Positions 49,131 through 57,797 of a stretch of DNA of 64,000 bases are shown piece after piece. The DNA is from Pseudomonadota bacterium (GTDB taxonomy: Bacteria > Bdellovibrionota_C > UBA2361 > OMII01). Every line of letters begins with the position of its first letter. Positions within the stretch are counted from its first letter, which is position 1. The stretch is from NCBI GenBank assembly GCA_038134595.1, contig JAYPVM010000010.1, positions 35,596 through 99,595 on the forward strand. Reading direction: 5' to 3'. A model generated the notes under the pieces. It had not been told where the DNA came from and did no database searches. It saw only the letters and a list, made by a program, of their open reading frames with translations. The position numbers and the translations under genes are program-made.

Positions 49131-51032
49131 ATGTTTACTTCGCGCGAAATCAGAGAAAAGTTCCTCACCTTTTGGACCGAACAACCCCGCTCATGTGGGG
49201 TTGTTCCCAATCTTTCATTAGTGCCAAACGTTGATTCCACCCTCTTGTTTGTAAACTCAGGGATGTTTCCACTTGTTCCGTACCTAGGTGGTCAGCCTCA
49301 TCCATTAGGAAAGAGACTGTGTAACATTCAGCGCTGCCTTAGAACCAACTACGAAGATATGCTCGAGGTCGGTGACAATCGGCATACCTTGATGTTTGAG
49401 ATGATAGGCGACTGGTCGCTTGGAGATTTTACAAAGGAACAGCAGATCCCCTGGATCATGGAACTCTGGGTCAAGGTATACGGCATGGACCCAAAACGTC
49501 TCTATGTATCAGTATTTGCAGGTGACGAAACCGCTCCTCGAGATGATCTTGCAATTGAGATATGGAAGAAGACCTTCCGAGAGTACGGTGTAGAAGCTGA
49601 GTTCTGTGAAGATGTCACGGCCGTACCACCAACGCTCGAAGATTCTGCAGACTGGAAGTATCACATCTTCCCGTATGGCAAAAAGAAAAACTGGTGGCAA
49701 CGTGCTGAAGCACCCGGTGAGCTCGGTGGGCCTACCTCCGAGATGTTTTATGATCTTGGTGTCCCTGAGCACATTCAGGAATCATACGATATAAATGATG
49801 ACTCTGGTCGCTTTATCGAGATAGGCAACAATGTATTTATGGAATACAAGCTCTCGTCAGATATGACGTGGGAACCCCTCGAGCAGAAAAATATCGACTT
49901 TGGAGGCGGTTTTGAGCGGATCTGCATGATCGTACAAAACAAGTCAGATATCTTTGAGAGTGATATCTACTCTCCTATCATTGACAAAGTTTCAGCGCTT
50001 TCCGGTAGAAGTTATAAGACTAACGGAGAAGAGAATGAAGATACGGCGGCGTTTCGGGTGATAGCTGACCACGGAAGAGCCGCTACTTTTATTTTGGCCG
50101 ATGGAATCTCCCCTTCTAATAAGGATCAAGGATATATCTTACGGCGCTTCATCCGACGACTCGTCCGTTTCGGCCGAAAACTTGGCCTAGAACAAGCCTT
50201 TACTCATGAGATAGCAGGTGTCGTTATAGACACATTAGAACACGCCTACCCGCATCTATTAGAGAATCGAGAGGTAGTGATTCAAAAGATTAAAGATGAG
50301 GAAGCAACTTTTAACCAAACGCTTTCAAAGGGTTTAAAAGAACTCTCTAAGATCCAGGCTCAATTAGAACCAGGTGCTATGATCTCTGGGGAACAGGCGT
50401 TCTTTGTGTATGAGACCTACGGCTTTCCACTCGAGCTTACCCTTGATGAGTTGCAGGTATCTGATGATGACGCAAAGAGCATTACCACTCAGTTCGCTGA
50501 AGCAGAGCAGAAGCATCGAGCGCTCTCACGAGCTGGTGCTGAACAGAAGTTTAAGGGTGGCTTAGCAGATCAATCAGTTGAGACAACGAAGCTTCATACC
50601 GTGCATCACCTCCTACTTGCAGCACTGCAAAAGCTTATCGACCCCGAGATAAAGCAACGCGGAAGTAACATCACAGCAGAACGTATGCGAATGGATTACA
50701 ACATCGATCGAAAGCTTACACCTGAAGAGGTCGCTCGGGTGGAAGCGCTCGTCAACGAGCAGATCGAAGCGGACTTACCGGTACTTCGAGTAGAGATGCC
50801 CCGAGAAGAAGCGGAAAGCATCGGGGCTCAAATGGAGTTTGGTGCAAAGTATCCTGATATGGTCACCGTGTACTTTATCGGTAGCCAAGAAAACTGGGTC
50901 TCTGCAGAGTTTTGTGGTGGTCCACATGCAAGCTCAACGGGTGAACTTGGAAGCGGTGCTCGCCGGTTTAAGATTAAAAAGCAAGAGAACGTCGGCGCGG
51001 GAATCAAAAGAATCAAGGCTATTCTCGCATAG
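49131..51032 (+). CDS. alaS: Alanine--tRNA ligase, short form (aminoacylation + editing domains, no C-Ala)
   Basis: Motifs LLFVNSGMFPL, Q.CLRT, H.LMFEM.G.WS, IADHGRA and YETYGFP. Editing motifs HTVHH and FCGGPH are present. The protein ends right after G.GIKRIKA. Confidence 0.95.
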   Translation: MFTSREIREKFLTFWTEQPRSCGVVPNLSLVPNVDSTLLFVNSGMFPLVPYLGGQPHPLGKRLCNIQRCLRTNYEDMLEVGDNRHTLMFEMIGDWSLGDFTKEQQIPWIMELWVKVYGMDPKRLYVSVFAGDETAPRDDLAIEIWKKTFREYGVEAEFCEDVTAVPPTLEDSADWKYHIFPYGKKKNWWQRAEAPGELGGPTSEMFYDLGVPEHIQESYDINDDSGRFIEIGNNVFMEYKLSSDMTWEPLEQKNIDFGGGFERICMIVQNKSDIFESDIYSPIIDKVSALSGRSYKTNGEENEDTAAFRVIADHGRAATFILADGISPSNKDQGYILRRFIRRLVRFGRKLGLEQAFTHEIAGVVIDTLEHAYPHLLENREVVIQKIKDEEATFNQTLSKGLKELSKIQAQLEPGAMISGEQAFFVYETYGFPLELTLDELQVSDDDAKSITTQFAEAEQKHRALSRAGAEQKFKGGLADQSVETTKLHTVHHLLLAALQKLIDPEIKQRGSNITAERMRMDYNIDRKLTPEEVARVEALVNEQIEADLPVLRVEMPREEAESIGAQMEFGAKYPDMVTVYFIGSQENWVSAEFCGGPHASSTGELGSGARRFKIKKQENVGAGIKRIKAILA

Positions 51033-51041
51033 AGCTATGTA

Positions 51042-51668
51042 ATGACACCAAAGAAGCGAAAGCTGCTCCTTGCGCTCTTGGAAGAGATGTATCCAATAGC
51101 CGATTCGGAGCTTACCTTTGATAACGAGTACCAACTCATCATCGCGGTAATGCTCTCTGCGCAGTGTACCGACGTACTTGTAAATCAAGTTACCCCTGCG
51201 CTCTTCGCCAAATATCCTGATTTTGAAGCTTTGAGTAAGGCTAGACTCAGCTCCGTCGAAAAGCTTATTGGCTCGGTGAATTACTTTAAAACAAAGGCAA
51301 AGAACATAATTGCGACAAGTAAGGTTGTTTGTGCCCAGTTTAACTCGGAGGTTCCAAAAACTATGGAAGCTCTGATAGAGCTCCCCGGAGTCGGTCGAAA
51401 AACTGCCAACGTCGTTCTAGGTGAAACAGGTGCCGCGCCCGCAATACCTGTTGATACTCATGTGTTTCGTGTCTCACGTAGGTTAGGACTCTCGGCGGGA
51501 ACAACCACCGACCAGGTAGAGCAAGACCTCATGAAGCTGTTTGCGCCAGAGACGTGGCGAGGGCTCCACCACAGGCTTATCTTTCACGGCAGACGGGTGT
51601 GCAAGGCAAGGGCGCCAAACTGTCGAGAGTGTCAGATTCAAACGCTATGTGTATCTAGCCTTGCGTAA
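51042..51668 (+). CDS. nth: Endonuclease III
   Basis: Motifs LSAQCTD..VN, LPGVGRKTANVV, VDTHVFRV and the Fe-S motif C.ARAPNC..C.....C. Confidence 0.96.
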   Translation: MTPKKRKLLLALLEEMYPIADSELTFDNEYQLIIAVMLSAQCTDVLVNQVTPALFAKYPDFEALSKARLSSVEKLIGSVNYFKTKAKNIIATSKVVCAQFNSEVPKTMEALIELPGVGRKTANVVLGETGAAPAIPVDTHVFRVSRRLGLSAGTTTDQVEQDLMKLFAPETWRGLHHRLIFHGRRVCKARAPNCRECQIQTLCVSSLA

Positions 51669-51765
51669 TAGATGCTACATTGATGGCATCTAGCTTGTAC
51701 TATGTTCCTCAAAGCGATAAGAATAGAGGAATCAATCGCAAGCCGTTTTTAGAGGAGTTTTCCGT

Positions 51766-52863
51766 ATGCCTACATTGTTTAGCCCCATGGAGCTTGGAGA
51801 TCTAACACTGTCTAACCGTATTATTATGGCGCCACTAACTCGTATGAGGAGCAAACAACCCGGCAATATCCCACAGCAACTAAACGCTACATACTACGCA
51901 CAACGTGCATCTGCAGGATTAATAATCTCAGAGGCAACTCAGATATCGCAACAGGGTCAGGGATACCCTGCTACCCCGGGCATATATTCCGACGAGCAAG
52001 TGGAAGGTTGGAAGCTTGTGACCGATGCGGTTCACAAGGCCGGTGGTCGTATGTTTCTGCAGCTGTGGCACGTAGGACGGATTTCACACACCTCACATCA
52101 GCCAAACGGAGCACTCCCCGTAGCTCCCTCTGCGATCAAACCAGAGGGCGGGACCTATTCTGCTGACTGGCAACCTGTGGGCTTCGAAACTCCTCGAGCA
52201 CTCGAGGCCTCTGAGATTGCCGATATCGTGAGAGACTACGCACAAGCAGCTCAGAGAGCTAAGGACGCAGGCTTTGATGGAGTTGAAGTCCATGGAGCAA
52301 ACGGCTACTTGCTCGATCAATTCCTACAGGATGGCTCCAACCAACGCACCGATGAATACGGTGGATCGATAGAAAACAGGGCTCGATTGCTTTTACAGGT
52401 TATAGATGAGGCTATCGCCATATGGGGCAATGGGCGCGTAGGAGTTCGGCTCTCTCCCTACGGCACCTTTAATGACATGAAAGATACAGACCCAGTTGCT
52501 CTATTTACCTATGTGCTGGAGCAATTAAGTGCTCGTCAGATAGCGTATGTGCATCTTATTGAGCCTCGTTCATCATCAGCAGGCTCACAGGATGGAAACA
52601 TCTCTGATGCTCCCCATGCCGCAAAGATATTCCGCAAAGCTTTCAAGGGAGCTCTCATTTCGGCAGGTGGTTACGTTCGAAACGAGGCAGTCACTGCAAT
52701 CGAGTCTGGAGAGGTTGATGCAGTAGCGTTTGGAAGATTCTTCATATCGAATCCAGATCTGCCTAGCCGCTTAGAAAAAGATACGGAACTAAACGCATAC
52801 GATAGAAACTCATTCTATGGTGGCGGAGAAAAGGGTTATACAGACTACCCTAGCCTCTCCTAA
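51766..52863 (+). CDS. nemA: Old yellow enzyme / N-ethylmaleimide reductase (alkene reductase)
   Basis: Motifs MAPLTR, QLWHVGR, HGANGYLLDQF, NRARLL and FYGGGEKGYTDYP. Confidence 0.88.
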   Translation: MPTLFSPMELGDLTLSNRIIMAPLTRMRSKQPGNIPQQLNATYYAQRASAGLIISEATQISQQGQGYPATPGIYSDEQVEGWKLVTDAVHKAGGRMFLQLWHVGRISHTSHQPNGALPVAPSAIKPEGGTYSADWQPVGFETPRALEASEIADIVRDYAQAAQRAKDAGFDGVEVHGANGYLLDQFLQDGSNQRTDEYGGSIENRARLLLQVIDEAIAIWGNGRVGVRLSPYGTFNDMKDTDPVALFTYVLEQLSARQIAYVHLIEPRSSSAGSQDGNISDAPHAAKIFRKAFKGALISAGGYVRNEAVTAIESGEVDAVAFGRFFISNPDLPSRLEKDTELNAYDRNSFYGGGEKGYTDYPSLS

Positions 52864-52912
52864 TTGTGTTATCTCTTTAATTCAAAAATATTTGGTTTAA
52901 AGAGTTTGTTTT

Positions 52913-53986
52913 GTGCGATTGACATTAAAAACATTACAATATACCAGCTTACTACTACTCACTGCGGCCTCACTACAAGCAACGTGGAACGTGATACGTG
53001 ACGTTGAGAGCTCCTGGTGGGAGTACTTGCTTAGAGCATTCTCCCCCCTGCTCTGTATCGCTTTATTAGCAATCATAGTCATTCGAATTGCAGTGCCGAA
53101 ACTTCGCATGAAGCTGCTTGAAAAGCTTGTCACACTGATAGCCTTAATAGCTCTCGTTGCTCCAATAGCGAGGCATATCCACACTCGATATCCTCATGCA
53201 ACAACACATCTATCCTCTGATATCGAAGATCAGTTTGTTAGTATCATCGATCTTAATGTCCTAGGAGACCGACAGCTCTCCAAAGAGAGCATAGCAGAGA
53301 TAACCAAACGAAACGCTGATGTGGTGACCCTACAAGAGGTCAATCCGGAGTTTGCACGGGCAATTCAGGAAAATCTTACGACAGAATTTCCATGCCAGAT
53401 TATACGCCCGGCAACTGGCACCTCAGGAATGGCGCTTCTATCTCGATTTCCCTGTTCACTTGTTGCTGACACCGTAGAGGGCTCATGGGTAGGAGAACCC
53501 ATCGTAGCAAAGATTACCCCTCCGAAGCGGCGCTCATTTGTAGTAGCAAACGTCCATGCTCTTGCTCCACACATGCCGACACCATTAGTTGGGCACTCTC
53601 CCCTATGGTCTCGACTATCTCAGACGGTTCGTACCCGCGAAGAAAGCCTCGCTAATCTACTTGCTATCTTAGATCGCTTTAGAGAGTCACCTATCTTGAT
53701 TGCGGGAGACTTAAACGCCACTATCAGAAACAGAATATACGCTCTGATTAGAAACCAAGGGTACAAGGATGGTTGGCTTACCCTCCACGACCAAACAAAC
53801 GGCGGAACGTGGCCTTTTCCCGAGTTTTTCGGCACTCAGCTTCTCTCCTGGATACTGCGAATCGACTATGTTTTTTATTCAGACCTACTAACTCCAGTCG
53901 AAGCAAAAACCATCGCCTCAACAATGGGGTCGGATCACAAAGGATTATTTTTTGTTTTCCGAGAGCTCTATGCTCTTGATGCTTAG
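52913..53986 (+). CDS. Membrane-anchored endonuclease/exonuclease/phosphatase (EEP) family protein
   Basis: Three N-terminal TMs; motifs DVVTLQE, AGDLN, GTWP, RIDYVF and GSDH. Confidence 0.85.
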   Translation: MRLTLKTLQYTSLLLLTAASLQATWNVIRDVESSWWEYLLRAFSPLLCIALLAIIVIRIAVPKLRMKLLEKLVTLIALIALVAPIARHIHTRYPHATTHLSSDIEDQFVSIIDLNVLGDRQLSKESIAEITKRNADVVTLQEVNPEFARAIQENLTTEFPCQIIRPATGTSGMALLSRFPCSLVADTVEGSWVGEPIVAKITPPKRRSFVVANVHALAPHMPTPLVGHSPLWSRLSQTVRTREESLANLLAILDRFRESPILIAGDLNATIRNRIYALIRNQGYKDGWLTLHDQTNGGTWPFPEFFGTQLLSWILRIDYVFYSDLLTPVEAKTIASTMGSDHKGLFFVFRELYALDA

Positions 53987-54058
53987 TAGGCTCTCTCGCT
54001 GATAACAACCGCACTAGCACAGTTGTGTAGCTTTACCTGCACCTATCTTGAAAAGTCG

Positions 54059-54286
54059 TCAATTACCTGTAGTCATAAGACCCAATGCCCACTCCTGTAA
54101 GGCATCCATCTCTTCTTGGCATTCGAACGAAAACTCCTCCCCATCGGGCCATACTCCTACGCCCCTGTACCCAATAGCCCATCGCTCGACAGTCACAATC
54201 TTAGCCTCCTCGCCAAATCCTAACGAGCCTAGTAAGATATCCTCTGCGCGAACGTGTGGAGACAGTTCATCTCCGTTTTTTTTCAT
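54059..54286 (-). CDS. Small acidic hypothetical protein translationally coupled to fabF
   Basis: 75 aa. Its ATG overlaps the fabF stop codon (ATGA). Confidence 0.65.
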   Translation of the reverse strand: MKKNGDELSPHVRAEDILLGSLGFGEEAKIVTVERWAIGYRGVGVWPDGEEFSFECQEEMDALQEWALGLMTTGN

Positions 54287-55536
54287 CCGTTATAGGCACC
54301 AAATACAAGTGTTGCATTCGTTCCGCCGAACCCAAAACTGTTCGACATCGCTACCTGTACTTTATGCTCTCGGGCATTGTGTGCCACGTAATCGAGATCA
54401 CACCCCTCACCTGGATTTTCGAGATTTATCGTTGGAGGAACTACCCCATCACGTATTGCAAGAAGACAGAATGCAGCTTCAATAGCCCCAGCGGCTCCAA
54501 GCAAATGACCGGTCATCGATTTTGTCGAGCTTACAAGAAGCCCATCGTTGGCCCATGCACCGAAGACAGATTTAATCGCTGCTGTTTCCGAAGAGTCATT
54601 TGCTGGCGTCGAAGTGCCGTGCGCATTGAGATAATCAACTTTTTCAGGAGCTATATCCGCCCAAGCAAGCGCATTTTTCATACATTCAATAGCGCCCTCA
54701 CCACCAACGCTCGGTGCAGTCATGTGAAATGCATCACATGATGTACCATACCCTAATATCTCACCATAAATTGTAGCGCCCCTCTTTTGTGCGCTCTCAA
54801 GTGATTCGAGCACCAAGATGGAGCATCCTTCTCCCAAGACAAATCCATCTCGATCCCTATCAAAAGGACGGGAAGCTTTTTGAGGATCATCATTTCGGGT
54901 CGAAAGAGCCTTAAGAGCATTAAATCCACCAATACCTACAGGACTCACCGTACTCTCCGAGCCTCCTGTAATCATCACATCCTGCAGGCCGTCTGCAACC
55001 ATTCTAAATGCTTCACCGATTGCATGCGTTGAAGAGGTGCAGGCACTTGTGACCGTGTAATTAATACCTTTCAGATCGTATTTGATAGCAACGTTGCCGG
55101 GTCCTAAATTACTAATCATGCCTGGAATAAGAAACGGCGATATCTTTTTTGGGCCCCCTTCGATATATGCCGCGTGATACTTTTCAAGTATCATCAATCC
55201 CCCAATGCCAACCCCAAGAACACATCCCATTCGGCTACGCTCATAGGTTACAGCATCGTCTAACAGACCACTTTGCGCCAACGCTTCATGAGTCGCCGCA
55301 ACAGCATACTGAGAAAAAAGATCCTGCTTCTTCTGATCTTTGCGATCAATGAACGGGTTTGCATCAAAACCCTTTACTTCGGCGGCAAATTGCGTCGCAA
55401 ACTGACTCGCATCAAAACGCGTAATAGTGCCTACTCCCGAGCGGCCCTCTTTTGCTCCGCTCCACGTCTCTTCGACAGTAAGGCCCAACGGGCTAACAAT
55501 TCCTAAACCTGTAACAACTACTCTACGCCTTTGCAT
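54283..55536 (-). CDS. fabF: Beta-ketoacyl-ACP synthase II
   Basis: Motifs RRVVVTGLG, SACTS, NAHGTST, KSMTGHLLGAAG and SNSFGFGG. Confidence 0.96.
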   Translation of the reverse strand: MQRRRVVVTGLGIVSPLGLTVEETWSGAKEGRSGVGTITRFDASQFATQFAAEVKGFDANPFIDRKDQKKQDLFSQYAVAATHEALAQSGLLDDAVTYERSRMGCVLGVGIGGLMILEKYHAAYIEGGPKKISPFLIPGMISNLGPGNVAIKYDLKGINYTVTSACTSSTHAIGEAFRMVADGLQDVMITGGSESTVSPVGIGGFNALKALSTRNDDPQKASRPFDRDRDGFVLGEGCSILVLESLESAQKRGATIYGEILGYGTSCDAFHMTAPSVGGEGAIECMKNALAWADIAPEKVDYLNAHGTSTPANDSSETAAIKSVFGAWANDGLLVSSTKSMTGHLLGAAGAIEAAFCLLAIRDGVVPPTINLENPGEGCDLDYVAHNAREHKVQVAMSNSFGFGGTNATLVFGAYNG

Positions 55537-55783
55537 GAAACTAAATCCTCTAGCTATTCTTCATCGTGAGCACCATCCGCAATACTACCTCATACTGGCT
55601 AGACCTGTACGAGTGGTGTCTCTACAGCGGATATTACCTAATCTTTTTATACTTTCCCCGTTGTGAAGTAATTGGAGGTGTTTTACCACAGGCCGCGAGT
55701 ATGTGGAAGCGATCTTATCTTATTGATAAAACTGGCTAAAAAGATATCTTTTCGTGGCCTCAAAATCCCCCGAGCCATGCAAT

Positions 55784-56608
55784 CTACGCCAATAGATTCA
55801 AAATAGCGCCCGCTTGCGTTGATGAATCTTTACCCAATAGGGCTGCGCCAAGCTGCATGCGAATTGTGTTTTGCACCAAATTCGCCGACTCCGAAGCTAT
55901 ATCGGCATCAGACACGCGCGCTAAAGACTCCCGCTCAGCTTGAAGCTGTGTCTGAATACCGTTATCAATAGAAGTAAGTCTTGAATACGTCGTGCCTATT
56001 ACGTCACTCCTTTGCGCGCTTACAGACTGAGAAAAGTCGCGTATCGATTGGATGGCGCTTTGCGCACCTGCCTGCGTTGATATATCAACCGAGGTAAGAG
56101 TTGCCAAATCCCCTGTAACAGAGAATCCTCCTACCGCAAGAGCTGATTGTGCGCTGCCATCGGTACCAACTTGAACAGAGAATCCTTCGCCACTCAAAAG
56201 TTGTTGACCATTAAACTCCGTAGTCTCGGTAATTCGTTGTATCTCCTGGGTGATACTATTAAATTCATCCTGTAATACTGCTCGCTGCTCATCAGAATAC
56301 AGTCCGTTAGCAGACTGCACAGCGAGCTCTTGGAGTCTCCCACCTAAATCTTGAATCTGAGACACTGCTCCATCGGCGATGTTGAGCATAGAGGTAGCAT
56401 CACCAATATTTTGTGATGCCCGGCTAAGCCTTACTGTCGATTGTTCAAGTTCGGCGGCAATCGCTTGACTAGCCGCATCAACACTTGCACTCGTAAAACG
56501 CGAGCCGCTTGCTAAAATTGCAAACGACTGGTTCACCGCCTTTGTGCTCGTATTAAAAAGATTTATTCCTCTTTGAGAGCTACTAGAAGAATATAAAGAA
56601 CTAACCAT
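55784..56608 (-). CDS. Flagellin-like protein (short, D0/D1 only, divergent termini)
   Basis: Motifs LASGSR, ADGA, RLQELAVQSANG, EIQRI..TTEFNG..LL and DAD.A.E. ATG 56608 follows AGAGGAG; 274 aa. Confidence 0.85.
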   Translation of the reverse strand: MVSSLYSSSSSQRGINLFNTSTKAVNQSFAILASGSRFTSASVDAASQAIAAELEQSTVRLSRASQNIGDATSMLNIADGAVSQIQDLGGRLQELAVQSANGLYSDEQRAVLQDEFNSITQEIQRITETTEFNGQQLLSGEGFSVQVGTDGSAQSALAVGGFSVTGDLATLTSVDISTQAGAQSAIQSIRDFSQSVSAQRSDVIGTTYSRLTSIDNGIQTQLQAERESLARVSDADIASESANLVQNTIRMQLGAALLGKDSSTQAGAILNLLA

Positions 56609-57049
56609 ACCAACTCCTCTGAGATGCCACACTGACCTCACCGCCGACAGAGTACCGACTCGACAAGATAGCGAACATGAAAATTCACTCAAGGCACACT
56701 CCGCAAAGCCTTTTGCGAATACAATTCATCCCTGGAAGTAATGGCACTCGATTGCCATCAAAAAACAACTCGACCAAATAGCTCTACGACCTAACGATTC
56801 AGAGCTAAGATAAGATTTTTTTTAATACAATCAAACGCCCCACTGCTGTAAGCCTCCACTTTTTCTGCCAGATTCACCGACTCACACAACCTATACAGAG
56901 AATCTGGGTTGCACTGTAAACTTCCCATCCATTTATAAAGAAGCCCTTCGTAAAGATACGTGCCTTCCCTCGCACTACAAGAGCCTATTACGATATATTC
57001 CCACTCTGTACTGAAAGCCCTGCTCCTGCCCGAGAAAAACCTACTCTAA

Positions 57050-57736
57050 TTAACGCAAGGCTAGCTCTAACACCTTAAATGATGTGCTGGCACGTGAGTG
57101 CTCACCTGTCTTCTGAATTCGCTCTAAAGCATCACTTAAACCAGCGATGGTCGTCTCAACTTTTTTGAGGATAAAATCTCTCTTTGCCCGAGAAAACTTC
57201 AATCCTCTCTGAAGAGACATCGTGTCGATAATAACAGGAAGCTCCTCTGGACTTGGAGCTGCCATTTCTGTTTGCTCAGAATCTGCCAAACATCTCTCAA
57301 TGATGGGATTAATCTGCAACTGCCAAAGTGGTTTTGCGCTTATCACAACAAGCACACCATTTGTTTCGGCAATGCGCTGGGATATTGCTAAGAACAATCC
57401 CTCGCCAAACTGACCCTCTAGCCAGGTATGTGCATCATCAATCACAAGCGACTGTACACCTTGCTTGTTTCCCGTATTTTGCTGCCACGCATCAACGCCC
57501 ATACCTTGCACGACATCTACACCGTGCCCCAGAGCAACTAACATAGCTGCGACATACACAGCTAGATGAGTCTTTCCGGTTCTCCGTTGCCCCGAGATAA
57601 AGACAATAGAACCATCACCCTCTGTTGCCTTCGTGATGGCGCAATCAATGGCATCAGTAACACCCCGATGAATGATGAAATTATCGGACGAATACGACCA
57701 TGTTTCGTCAAAAGTAAGTCGCAACTGTGGAGGCAT
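57050..57736 (-). CDS. DnaA/Hda-like AAA+ ATPase
   Basis: QLRL.F clamp-binding-like N-terminus, Walker A GQRRTGKTHL and Walker B LVIDD. There is no DNA-binding domain IV. Confidence 0.7.
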   Translation of the reverse strand: MPPQLRLTFDETWSYSSDNFIIHRGVTDAIDCAITKATEGDGSIVFISGQRRTGKTHLAVYVAAMLVALGHGVDVVQGMGVDAWQQNTGNKQGVQSLVIDDAHTWLEGQFGEGLFLAISQRIAETNGVLVVISAKPLWQLQINPIIERCLADSEQTEMAAPSPEELPVIIDTMSLQRGLKFSRAKRDFILKKVETTIAGLSDALERIQKTGEHSRASTSFKVLELALR

Positions 57737-57797
57737 TGTGTGGTACTTCTTTGATACGGGAAATTATTGAAACTGCTCTATGAGGATATCGGGAAGC

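Noticed and set aside
56741..56758. Sigma-54-like TGGCAC...TTGC upstream of the flagellin-like gene
   Set aside because: The GG-to-GC spacing is 9 nt on both strands rather than the required 10. It remains only a 6-bp-arm palindrome (ATGGCA-N6-TGCCAT) of unknown meaning.
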